Shown in pieces: positions 24,018-36,609 of a stretch of 64,000 nucleotides of DNA (position 1 is the stretch's first letter; each line of letters begins with the position of its first letter). The position numbers and the translations under genes were made by a program. This DNA is from Gordius albopunctatus (taxonomy: Eukaryota), in NCBI GenBank assembly GCA_964276515.1, contig OZ193909.1, forward strand, positions 14,384,001-14,448,000, read 5' to 3'. Below the pieces are notes generated by a model. The model ran no database searches. It saw only the letters and a program-made list of their open reading frames with translations, and was not told the DNA's origin.

Positions 24018-26057
24018 TAAAATAGGATATTTTGTTGATCATGATATTATTTATTTGTAAATAAAATACGAAATAAAAATTAAATATACTTATTTGGTAA
24101 AACGTTATTTTTCATTTTTATAGCGGAAAATATATCTCTGAGCATTATAGCTGGCAGGTAAAAAAACGTCGTAGTCGATTAAAAATTAATAATTACGCAC
24201 ACTTACCTATTCACAAAAAAATTCGAAACAAATTAAGAGAGCGCGCACTTAGTATTTGTGATAAAGGTGGTAAAATATGATAAACATTAAAAATCGAGAT
24301 TTTATAATATTAGAAAATTTTAATAATATATATTAAAGTGAGTCTGGGTCTTTTGGACTTCGCCAGCCTGCCGGTTTTTTTGTGTGTCGTGAGTTCGAAA
24401 CATAGCCTCTTCTTGCTAATTGACGCGACACGAAAGTTTTTCCTAGGGGAGGAAGGTTGCCTCAGAATTTCATAGTAATAAGATAAGGGTAATAGCAACT
24501 TAGCTAAGGACATCAGGCCGCAGTGTTTCTAGAAAGTGGTGGTGGGGGTCGTAAAAATTTTATAGGAAATAATAAAAAAATATGTTTACCCTATATCGAT
24601 ATTTCCAGGGTTTGATCAGATTGTTAAATAAGATGTTTTTGTTCTGAATGTGATGTTTTATTACCGTTTAAAATGTGCCTATAGCTATTTTGAAAACATT
24701 TAACGATTTATATAATAACGTGTTCTTAATTAATATTATATTGCATCTTCTTAGATTTCTTATGAAATTTAAAATATCCGTTACAATTAGCTTATTTAGA
24801 AATATTTTTGAGCCTACGAAAGTCAAGGCGGTTTCAGAGTTTTGCGCAACTTATTGTGTGTGCATATTTGAATTCAATTATGTTTTGGATACATAAACAT
24901 TTCGTGGAGGATTATATAATCGTTCGAAAACTACGATGAATAACAAAAAAATTTTGGTGACCTAGCTAGAGTATAGAAGCTTAAAGCTCGTAAAACATAA
25001 ATTATATTTACCCTCTAAAAATGTTGATCTTTAGTGGTGGTCTCAAATGAAATTTAACAAACATATAACGTGGTAGAATATTAAATACGGCACTTGCAAC
25101 GAAGAAGGAAGATATTTTATGGAAAAAGTCTGTATTAATTTATTAACAAAGATATTTATAGATTTTGCAGCTATATATCATGATTTAATAGAAATTTTAT
25201 GATTGACCCCAAGCCTATGAAATATTAAATTTCTACATATTCATTTTACCTGGTGCAACGATTGGCACTTAGTTTAGGCCTAAAGATTAAAATAGTTTGT
25301 AAAATTACATTATATTGACTTACAAAAAAATATAACTAAAATTTCATTCTACTTTAGCAATTGATTTTATCTAAAATTAGTTTTATCGTTTCATCAACTT
25401 AAACATATGCTTTCTCCTAAAATAAAATATAGTGAGATATTATTCTTAAAGACATCAACATGCTATGAGTAATATATTACGCTAAAAAGTAAATCTATTT
25501 TTTGATATATGTCTACAATACTTAAAGCACGGGCAGAGTTATAGGGGGATCCCATTAAATCACCATTAAAAATTAATTACATTAATAATTTAAAATTCAA
25601 TCTAATACTATTTTTTCTCCGAATTTCGCTTACCTTCATGGCTAAAGGGTGTATATGAAAAATCAATAAGTTGCAATGCCCATTGCTACTTGTTATTCGA
25701 TAACTAACCTGAATTTCCTCTTAATTATTATTAATATTGCATGCAAACCAAGATTTCTTGTAGAAAAATTGGCACGGGAATGTATTAATTATAAAATATA
25801 ACTTGCGTTCCGTAAGCCATAAGTTTGTTCCTTTTTTCCTTGAGGATAACTAAAAAGAGAACCTTTTAGGGTGCTCAATACAGTATTTAATTCAGTTTTT
25901 TTCTGAGTCGAATATAATTAAATGCTCATTAAATAATTTAATGTTCTGTACTTTAATAACTTATTCCGTATTTAATTCATTTATTCAGTTTTTTGTTTAT
26001 GCTCAGTTATTTTTTTATTTATGCCAAGTAACTGAAAACTAGTTTCGAAATAAAGTT

Positions 26058-26125
26058 CTTAAGCGAGATTCGAACCCGCAATATTAATGTAGAAATCTTC
26101 GGTGTTTACCATAGAGTCATAAATA
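26058..26125 (-). pseudogene. Degenerate tRNA-derived sequence (SINE head or tRNA pseudogene)
   Basis: Minus strand has an A-box-like TGACTCTATGGTAA, then ~30 nt later a T-arm GCGGG-TTCGAAT-CTCGC. No convincing acceptor or anticodon stem. Confidence 0.4.
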
Positions 26126-26762
26126 AGGATTTACTATTTTTTAAAACTATTTTCTCTTTTAAGCTCATTTTAAATTTAACTTGATGCCCTCCGAAGCTAC
26201 ATTCTCAGGTTATCAAACTCTGTCACCTTATTATTGTTTATTATGTTTAATTTATTGAGAAATTATCGTGCATTTTATTATTGCTTTAAAATTACGAAAT
26301 AAAAATAGTTAGAAAATTTATGTTTTAAAGACGCAATGATGAAAGTTTCAAAATTATGTTCCTTTTTAAGGTACTATAGGTAGACTTCAAGCTTGATGAA
26401 AACTCTTCATCAATTTTCCTATAATAATGCTGGTGATATACACTCGCTCATATTTCAATGTAAATTTAATCTTTTCAGTCAATTAAATTAACCAAAAATG
26501 GTTCCTTCCAACTTCATAACAGAATGTTATTTTCAATTGATAAAAGTTTATTTTTAAAGATCCTGACAATAGTATGAAATAAATGCGTGAAACAAATAAA
26601 ACAAAATACATCAAATAATAAAAATAAACTATTTTTCTAGACAAAAAGATTAACAAAAACTATCGGAGCTGCATTTAAAGGTGTTTGATGGGACTCAATC
26701 TTAGCTTGCCAATCTAGCTTAGCTCTTGAATGTCTCATGTGATTGAATGATGCTTTTATAAT

Positions 26763-28981
26763 GGGTGTTATTTAACTGCTAAGTAAAAAATTACAAACTG
26801 CTAAGTATTTTAATTACAGTGCTAAGTGTTTTATGCTAAGTTTTTTAAATCTAAATGCTAAGTATTTTAAAGGAAATGCTAAGTTTTTTATTTTAAAATG
26901 CAAAGTTTTAATTTTGATATGCTTAGTTTTTTTTATTAAGGTGCTAAATATTTTATTTAAAAAATTTTAAGCTTTGAATTTTAATCAAAATTCTGAATAT
27001 TAAAAAATAAGATAATAATGTTTTAAAGCTAAAAAGGCAAAGTTTTAATGGTAATAATTTTTAAAAAAATGTTTAATTTTTAAAAATGCTAGGTTTGTAA
27101 TTTTAAAATGCTAGATTTTTTAAGAGCTAAGTTATTACTTTGCAAATTAGTGATGCGGAAAAACCGAAAAAATTCTCGGTATTCTTTTCATTGATCATTA
27201 GATTTTAGTAAATCATTATGTATTTTAATTTTCATGATTTACATTTAAGGTATTTAGCGTAAATCAATATGTATGGAACATATGTGATATTAAAAAAATT
27301 CCTAAGTGTAGTAAATATTATATACTAGCTGTGCCCGGCCAAGCGTTGCTTTGGCACAGTCCTTAAGTGGCTAAATAAGTATAACCTATCAATAAGACTT
27401 ATCTAAAATGAGGTCATATATGAAATAATAATTCAAATAAATAAAATATCCATAATATTTATTTAGAGCACGAATTTTATCACGTCATGCATTTTATGAA
27501 CCCACTATTTTTAGTATATATATAATAAGACAAACCAAATGCGAATTCTGTTTTAGTCATCAAATCCGACTAAAATTAAATGTTTTTAGAAAAATTGCGG
27601 AATTATTTTATTTTTCTAGTTAGCTGATTTATTTGAAATACAATTTTCTTTAATATAATAAAATAATTAATTGAAGGATAGATAATTATTAAAAATATGC
27701 TTCTATGATCGACCACGTGATAATAATTTAAATATTATTTATTTAATTTAAATAGTTTGTTAAACCCCAATAATTTTGACCGTATACTGTAACATTTTTA
27801 TTATACTTTTAAATATCTAATTCGAGAAAAGTTCAGCCTTGTGTATATGACGTCATTATTGTATATGATGCTATAAATGAAACTGGCCGGGAAATGTGCG
27901 ATATTTTTAAAACTAAAAGGAATTTTAGGAATCTGAAAAAGCTATTTTACCCCTGGCCCCCTGGGCATCTACGGCTAAATATTCGCGCGAATCGGGCCGG
28001 TAGTTTTAGAATTAAGCCATTTTTTAAAACTAAAAGGCCCATATTTTTAAAACTAAAAGGAATTTTAGCATTCTGAAAAAGCTATTTTACCCCTGGCCGC
28101 CCTGGGCATCTACGGTTAAATTTTCACGCGAATCGGGCCGGCAGTTTCAGAGATTAGCCCTTACATACATACATGCATACATACACATATATATATATAA
28201 TATATATAGACTTTACTTTATATATATATAGATAGTCTTAGAATTAAGCCATTTTTTAAACTAAAAGGCCCATATTTTAAAAACTAAAAGGAATTTTAGG
28301 ATTCTGAAAAAGCTATTAATTTAAATTTTATTTATTTAATTTAAATAGTTTGTTAAACCCCAATAATTTTGACCGTATACTGTAACATTTTTATTATGCT
28401 TTTAAATATCTAATTCGAGAAAACTTCAGCCTTGTATATAGGACGTCATTATTGTATATGCTGCTATAAATGAAACTGGCCGGGAAATGTGCGATATTTT
28501 TAAAACTAAAAGGAATTTTAGCATTCTGAAAAAGCTATTTTACCCCTGGCCGCCCTGGGCATCTACGGTTAAATTTTCGCGCGAATCGGGCCGGTAGTTT
28601 CAGAGATTAGACCTTACATACATACACATATATATATATATATATATATAGATTTTACTTTATATATATAGATTTATGTAAAAAATTTAAAATTTGGCAA
28701 TTTTTTACCCAAGTATGGTTGACCCTTAGGGTATGTGAATAATTTTATAATATATTTTAGCATAAAATTTAAATACTTAACATGATATATTTAAATACTT
28801 AGCAAAAAATTAAAATACTTAGCAAATAAATTAAATACTTAGTAAAATTTATTTAAATACTTAGCAAATCAATAAAATACTTAGCATTTGAATTTAAAAC
28901 TTAGAATTAATTTAAAAACTTAGCAAACGAATTAAATACTTATCAAATAAATTAAAAATACTTAGCAAATAATTTGTTGCG
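26763..28981. mobile_element. Foldback/MULE-like element with arrays of TGCTAAGT / ACTTAGCA subterminal repeats, interrupted by a Helitron
   Basis: Repeated TGCTAAG on the left (26777-27130) faces repeated CTTAGCA on the right (28757-28967). The outermost motif ends 23 nt from a 9-bp direct repeat TTTTATAAT on each side (26754-26762, 28982-28990). The extreme termini match each other poorly. Confidence 0.55.
27325..28672 (-). mobile_element. Non-autonomous Helitron with (CATA)n/(TA)n microsatellite and duplicated 5' half
   Basis: Minus strand begins A|TCTATATATATAAAG and ends in the GC-rich hairpin region GCCAAAGCAACGCTTGGCCGGGCACAG-CTAG|T. There is no TSD and it sits at an A^T site. Block ~27737-28232 is repeated at ~28325-28672. 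Confidence 0.8.
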
Positions 28982-30375
28982 TTTTATAATTTGTTAGAGT
29001 TGCTAGAGGCTACGTTCAAATCAAGCTTTCACATGACTACATTTAAGTAATTCGGGGATAGATATTGATCGTGATTTCTTACCTAAACAAAATTTATATT
29101 TAGAATTGCTGAATGAAAATTATTAACTTAACACAAACTTAGACATTAAATTTAATTATAACTTTATTTTTAATCTAAAACAATTTAAATTTAATACTAA
29201 TAATATTACCTCAAAAAAGTGCATTTTGCCTTTCTATCCACTCTTTCACATCCAAAACAATTCACTTAACTAAGCCTTTTTAACTTATATTTTTCTGGGG
29301 TATGTTCGTCAATAAAGACAATAAAATGCAAAAAATACCTCCTCTTAGCTTACATTAACTTTAAAAATATCGTAAAAATAGAAATCATTTATTTCCTGCT
29401 CGCGGGCAATACTAATAATATATATTAAACACAAATGACTCATAGGATCGTTAGTTAATAATTATAAAGTGTGTAGATAACAAAGAAAACGGGTTTATAA
29501 AAAGCGTTCGTCGTCGATTATATTAGATTGTGTGTACGAAATAGTAAAATGAGTGTTGTTGGGTGAGCACAAAATGCTTTGGTCGTATTATTAAGCCGGG
29601 CGGCAACCATTATTTGTTGCTATTATGAAGACGCGGCTAGTCATGCCGGCGCGCGTGTCATAAAAAAACAAAAACGGGTTACATACAATTAAACGTATTA
29701 TATCATTATTAGAAACAAAATAACATCATGAGGGGAAGGCCTGAATTGTTATGATGGCTAAGAGTCGCGATACAGATATGATGATATCGATTATCCAATT
29801 ATATCTTACATGTGTATGATGATACGTATAAGTAAACTATATATATATGATCTTATTAATCAACCGAATGGAGATAGTGTTATAGATAAAGAAATAGAGA
29901 TGATTGGGGTTAAGTAGATGGGTTGAAAGGTAGGTGGTAGTAATATTGTGCTAAGCTCAAAATCCTAGTCCACATCCTTCCCCTCCATAAATTCGACACG
30001 ATTTGCCGTTTGGCTTCAAAGCCGGGTGAGTAATTTGGTAGGCGAGGGAGGGTATTAAGGGTTTTCGGGCATCAGGCTAACTTTCGAGTTAGAGTTTACT
30101 AGTAGATGAATTGAATTGAAAATATCGCAGGACCCTAAGATAGTATGATAATTGTAAGAATCGGAGGTTTTCGGACGTTAAACTATCGTTCGAATCGGGG
30201 TTTTCTGGGTGTTAAATCAGTTTTAAAAAGCCGCTGGACCTTTTTCTAAGATAGTATGAGGGTAGTAATTTAGGTTTTACATTAAATGTTCCATTTCAAA
30301 TTGTTGACCATCTCGGTATTTCAATGCGACAACAACCTAGAGATGAGATTGTAAGTAAAGCTGTTGTAAGATGTT

Positions 30376-32134
30376 TCAACCAAAGTTCGAATGATCTCCG
30401 GTTTTGGGGTGCCTATGCTTTAGGATACTTTTGAAAGGGACCGACTGAAGTGAGCAGTTTGGAAGAGAAGCAACCGGTTCAGCGGGTTGGCGTTCAAGCA
30501 AAGCTTTTTCTAATGAGCCCGCCACAACGGAATCTACGTAAAAGTTTCGGGCCGCTACTTCGGGCCCGGGCTCGGGTTTTTTTAAAATTCCCTTGGGCAA
30601 GGGGTTAGAGTATCGTCGATCGGTGTATGCCACCCTGGGGGAGTAACGCGATTTTAGGATACTGCGCCTAGGTGCTCCTCCTGTGTAAATATTATTTAAT
30701 ATCACCATGGGTTAAGCCAAAGGGGGGGGGGGCAGCTGCCCCTCTCTCCAAAAATTTGTTAAAATTTATAAAAATTAGGGCTATGTGATCCTTTTGCCCT
30801 CCCTGAATCATTATTGCCCCCCCCCCACTAATTCCAATGCTGGCTACCCCATGAATATCACTACAAAAACTTGGTTATTTTAAAGTGACCAAGACCATCA
30901 TTGATTAAATAAAATTTTAACGTTAAGCAAGTTTTTATGCTTTAATTTGAAGCTAAAAGTTTTTTTTACAAATAAAGCTCATATGTAAAGTTTTTAGCTT
31001 TTAATGTCTTCTTTTCGTTTTTGATCAGTCAAAATACAGAAGATAATCTTACGCAGTTAGTGTGCAAGCACATATAAAAGCTATATTGCAGCTTAAAACT
31101 AATAATACAAGCTTAAATCTGATCATTGATTAAAACCATAAATAATTCATTTAAACACTCGAAGACATGATTTTTTGTAAGTTGTATCCAATATTTATCA
31201 ATAAAATTGGTTAGGCAAGACAAACTTGAGGACTTAAATGAAATGCTGGGGTTTACCATGTTAGGTGTAATAAATCAAAAGTTTAAGTCAAATGCCTCTG
31301 AATAAAAATTTAAAGTTTAGTATGTAAAAACCTTTTAAACATACCTATAACATCACATTTTTGGTTGTTCAGAAGGCTAGGTAGGTCAGAACCTGATGGT
31401 GATACCTTTTTCAGAATGCCCTTAAGAGTTGAAGCATTTATGGTGGAATAATCGAGTGATGTAGATTTAGGGCGATTAACATAGGCTAAATTCCTTGCCT
31501 TAGACTGGCAAGAGTTGGAAGTATTAATAGTCATGCCACTAAAACTGAGCCTTACATCTTCTTGACTTTGACAATGCTGCGGGGCAATTTTGAATCTCCC
31601 ACTGCCTTGTCCTGAGCGCAATGGTATTTGATCACTTGACAATTGAGTATTACAAGTTTGCAGTTTGTTCTTTAGGATACCCTTCAATTTAATACCTTCT
31701 TCGGCCTTAGATTTTCTAAATTTGTCATTGTAAGGGTGCTGGTAAGGAGTTGCATCAAGGCTGGGAGTCTTTTTGAGTATTGGTTTTATTATATAAAGAG
31801 TATCAACTTGATCAACATCTTTAGCTCTATGTAAATCCTCCTCAAATGAGAGTGGTCTTCTTTGGGTGAAAATAAGTTTGAGATCTTTTTTTGCAAATTC
31901 ATTCCCAAAAGAATTGCGTCTAAATTTAACTGTCTTGTCTGTATTTTGACTGGTTTCATCAATCTCAGACTCTGAGGCACTAAAAGAAATGCAAGAAGAA
32001 AGTGCATAGTTGCTTGTTGAGTCGAGACTTAGATTACTGAAAGCTTGTGAGGAAGAAATACCAGAGCTGTTACTTGATAAGTTTGCATTGGTTTGAACCA
32101 ATGGTAAATCTTGATATGATGCTTCTTCTTCATC
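30376..32134 (-). CDS. 3' exons of an uncharacterised, largely disordered protein with repeated [SG]ILK motifs and an RVxF-type motif (candidate PP1-interacting protein); 5' end unresolved
   Basis: Exon 32134-31345 (TTTCAG|GAT ... ATAG|GTATGT) splices in phase 1 to exon 30680-30376 (ACACAG|GA...TGA). A possible 44-nt intron (30380-30337) would replace the stop with GCCRIEIPRWSTI* ending at 30296. Both exons are long, stop-free frames in AT-rich DNA. Confidence 0.75.
30706..30853. mobile_element. Short hAT MITE (CATGGGCGTAGCC family) 25 nt from a splice acceptor
   Basis: CATGGGTTAAGCCA...TGGCTACCCCATG with 8-bp TSD AATATCAC (30698-30705, 30854-30861). Confidence 0.88.
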
Positions 32135-34454
32135 CTGAAAATGAATTATGCTTGATTGTTGTTTCATATCATAAACTACAATTTATACCTATTATTACAA
32201 ATAAAAAGATAGAGATTCATTCTTTAACATTGTGATTTTCAAAAATATGCATTTTATAAAAATTTATATATTCTATAAGATCCATACCAAGAAATTAGTT
32301 GTCATAATTTTCTTCAATTATTTTTATTAGCTATGTGAGCTGTGTAAAATTATTTTTATTATCTTTCAAAATATTATATGAATTTTGTGGATATGGAACC
32401 TGGATTATGGATCCAAGACCAAAATTTTTTTATCTTTTATTTCAAATCATATGATTTTGCAATATATGTTACATTTTTTACGATACAACATATGGTGTTC
32501 TATTATTGCTCTTGTTTTTTATATTTACTGCAAGTTAAATAGTTTAATTGCCAAAATATTTAAGAATTAATAGGGATCACTGTTATATGCCCAAAAAAAA
32601 TATTACAATATCATTTATTGCATTAGAACGCAACTCCCATATGGCTTTACATAAGTTAAATAGTAGCGGTTCTAATTGTTACCCGTGTTCAATCATATTG
32701 TCATTATATATTTTTTATTATTTTTTTCCGTAATATTCCATCTTTTTAAATTATTGTAAAATTTACTCTTAAATTTTTATGGTCTTTAAGATTGTTTCGA
32801 GTAACAAGAGTTTTGAACAATGCTTATATTGCTTCACATGACTTTTATTATTTTCCAGTAAGGTTACAGAATTGAGCGAGATTGGACACCCTTCCAACTT
32901 ATGAGCTTTATAAATTTTGCCACCTCACGCAGGAGTTAATTTAACATTCTTTATATATAAATAGTACTTTTCTTTAAAAAAAAAGGCACAAAGCTAACTC
33001 AAACAGCTGAAAAGATAGCCAGATTTATCAAAGCCACGTTGTTTCATTAACTTGACAAGAAATAATTGAGTGTCAAAGTTAAGGGATATTGGTCGAGCAA
33101 TTGAGCTTCTATACCTTGTGGACCGAATGGTTCAGGCAAAGTTCCCAATCTTCACGCCAAAGTTTTTTGCCGTTTAGTTCGAGATTTCATAGAGCTTAGC
33201 AATTATAGTTTGATGATATCTTCGAAAATATTGCCCTCTTTTTTTTATTAGTAAGCACTAAGCACACAAGCTAATGACCTACAAACTCTTGGTTCTGGTC
33301 TAAAAAATTTGTTATTTTATATATAACCATGAAAAACGCTTTTCAAAAACGGGGGTTGTAATTTTTATAACTTCTCCACTAAAGGATATCATATAAATTT
33401 TTGCCTGCAGGGTAAACAAACGATGAAAATTATTTAAAACATTGCAACGTTTTTTATTTAGTGTTTTTAATTTGATAACGTTGTTTTAACTTATTAATGT
33501 ATGTAAAATTAAGTCCCTCATGAGAATTCAGGCGATATTGGTTCTTGGTATCATCATTTTACATATTTTTTAAATTTCCATTTTTTAATTGTTTAATTAC
33601 ATTATTTTTCAGACACATTGATTAAAATTAATGTCAAATCTAATATTTAAACATTACTTTGGTATTAAGTGACACTAGGGGCTAGGTTTTGTTTTTTCGA
33701 AAATAGTCCGGGGCTAGGGGATATAGGGAGACTTATTAAAGCCCGGGATGATATATAACTCTGCAAATATTTTTGGATCCTATGAGAGTTTTAATTCAAA
33801 CTATTGGTAAATAATTTTGTTGACTATAAATTTAAAATATAATTGTTTTTTAGTGGGCGGGTAGGGTAGCATCAGAAAATATTGTTTTTATTCACAGTTG
33901 TTTTTTTGTTCAACATTTTTTTGCTAATTTAAGCTTTTTTTGTAAATAAATATTTATTTATAAACTATTTTGATGACTTTCATTTTTTGCATTTTAATAT
34001 GATTTATACTTTTGTGTAATAAATTTGGGAGGGGACTAATAGTAACGAAGATAGGCCAAGGTTTGGTTTACTACTGTTGAAGTATTTTTAAATAAATACA
34101 CGAGGGAAGAGGGTAAAATCTTTTCTTAAGTTTGAATAATACAATTATACAAATTATTATCTTTGATCATACACTAATAAAGTCACGTAAACAGCCAATT
34201 TAACATTGAGAGTTAAAACCTAAGTAACCCCCCCCCGCGATTACGTGACCTGTCACTATATAACCGCGGTCGTACCTTAGAATATCATTCGTTCGATTTT
34301 CTTGAGCTCTACTCGCCTCCCTATTGTCCCCTCCACTTACTCTAATTTTTCCCCAATTCCCCCTCTTTTTCGTACCTCCGTTCCAAGGTCCGTTTATTTT
34401 ATTACAGGTAGCCCAGAGACAAGAGCTAACACCCAAGAGGGAAGGGCAGGGGCG

Positions 34455-34609
34455 ATTAGAGGCCCTGGAGGATTATTGACACTAGACAATTCAAGAGATG
34501 GTTTCTCAGGCAGTCTCACCCGAGTAACGCTTTCGGCTAGAGTCCTGCACGAGCCGCCCGAGCCCCGCCTGGCCTGAATTTAACTAAAGCAAATAGGTTT
34601 TAAATAAAT
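34455..34609 (+). repeat. Dispersed duplicate of 40792-40961, including the left end of a TAGAGTCCTGC hAT element
   Basis: ATTAGAGGCCCTGGAGGATTATTGACAC...CGAGTAACGC..TCGGCTAGAGTCCTGCACG...GAATTTAACTAAAG is present in both places with scattered substitutions. Confidence 0.9.
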
Positions 34610-35088
34610 TTCTTTTTGTTTTTTCTAATCCATATGCTCATCATTATCAAGTATCAAGCTATCCTCCTAATGGAATTCTTCTCAATTATGCAAAACAAAC
34701 GGAATCCTCTGCTTATTTACCTAGAAACCCTTCACAGTATTTCACATCACTTATCTATTTACATTGTTATATTATTTATCCCTATTTTATTAACATTCAT
34801 AGTTCTTCTTACAACACATATTTAGGCCTTAATTTATATACATAAAAATAAATATTGAACATAAGTCCACATACAATGCAACAATCACTTTTTCCATAAA
34901 CATATTACCCTTAAAATGTTCAGAGGATTTTTATAAATCGAATATCTATATAATTTATATAAACCTTAATAATGTTTCACCATCTGCCTTAATACCTAAG
35001 ATAAGTTAAAAATGGTTTTAGCTAAATCCTTTTGTTTTACATGCAAAAAACTTATTAGCCTCAAAAAAAATAACTTTTTTATAATACA

Positions 35089-36578
35089 CTAGATAAGCCC
35101 GGCAAACGTTGTTTTGCCATATACATTATGTCTGACAAATTAACTAACTTACTATAAGTGTGTGGGGATATTTTTTGCAGAAGATTTATCTAAATTAAAG
35201 TTTTGTTTTACAATCGATGGAAAGTAAACGTAAATAAGTAATAGCAGGTAAAGAGTTTGTCGGGGAATGCAGGGGAGAGAAAACTTTTTATTTATTGTTT
35301 CCTGGGTGGTTGTTGATCTATCGGTAATATTTTCTTAACCGCTCTTAAATAATACTTTTTTTATCATTCGCATCACTTTGTTATATATGGAAAAATTAAG
35401 ACAGAATTACGGTGGATAAATTTTAGCTTTAGCGCCATCTGTACATACCATAAAATATTTTTAAAATATTTTTAAAAAAAGTAAAAAATTTAAATAAGAA
35501 AATTTAAAACTACCAAAAATTTTTTTTAGAAACTCAACTAATAAAACTGGCAACAAAATTAATGAGCTGCCATTATTATCCCATGGTCATAGAAGCATAA
35601 AATTTATTTGGGGACACCACCTTTAAAAAGTTATGTAATAACAATGTACATTATAAGAACGTATTATATAAAAAAAATACAAATGTCACAGGTATGGGGG
35701 CGATGTGGGATCAAATAAGTCAGACAAATTATCATAAGTAAATTGGTTTGTCTTATTATATATACACTAAAAATAGTGGGTTCATAAAATCCATGACGTG
35801 ATAAAATTCGTGCCCCATTTCAATATATAAAATGTATAAGTCTAATATTTATTTTTAATAATATTAAATTAATCCTATAAATAAATAATACATATTTCTA
35901 CTTAAATTCTAACTTTCCTGACGTCATTATTGTATATGATGCTATAAATTAAACTGGCCGGGAAATGTCCGATATATCTAAAACGAAAAGGTATTTTAGG
36001 ATTCTGAAAAAGTTATTTTACCCCTGGCCGCCCTGGGTATCTACGGCTAAATTTTCGCGCGAATCGGGTGGGTAGTTTTAGAATTTAGCCCTTACATACA
36101 TACTATATATACACTAAAAATAGTGAATTCATAAAATCCATGACGTGATAAAATTTGTGCCCCATTTGAATATATAAAATGTATAGGTCTAATATTTATT
36201 TTCAATAATATTAAATTAATCCTATAAATAAATAATACATATTTCTACTTATATTCTAACTTTCCAGACGTCATTAATTTATATGATGATATAAATGAAA
36301 CTGGCCGGGAAATGTCCAATATTTTCAAAACTAAAATGAATTTTTGGATTCTGAAAAAACTATTTTACCCCTGGCATCCCTGGGCATCTACGGCTATATT
36401 TTCGCGCGAATCGGGCCGGTAGTTTCATAATTTAGCCCTTTTTTAAAACGAAATGTCCGATATTTTTTAAACTAAAAGGAATTCTAGGATTCTGAAAAAG
36501 CTATTTTACCCCTGACCGCCCTGGTAACTTACGGTTTAATTTTCGCGCGAATCGGGATCTAGTTTCAGAATTTAGCCC

Positions 36579-36580
<2 letters not shown>
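35089..36580 (-). mobile_element. Non-autonomous Helitron related to 27325-28672; 5' end lost in or after the microsatellite
   Basis: 3' end on the minus strand is hairpin GGCAAAACAACGTTTGCC followed by ...CTAG|T. Three internal copies of the ACCCCTGGCCGCCCTGGG...TTCGCGCGAATCGGG core are shared with 27325-28672. Confidence 0.75.

Positions 36581-36609
<29 letters not shown>

Noticed and set aside
24120..24215. AG/GT-bounded 34-nt mini-exon (+) and a strong GTAAGT donor (-) after HIRA
   Set aside because: No partner exons or recognisable coding content; such sites occur by chance.
32830..33235. Further exons of the SILK-repeat gene
   Set aside because: I could not find an acceptor/donor pair giving a stop-free, phase-compatible exon.
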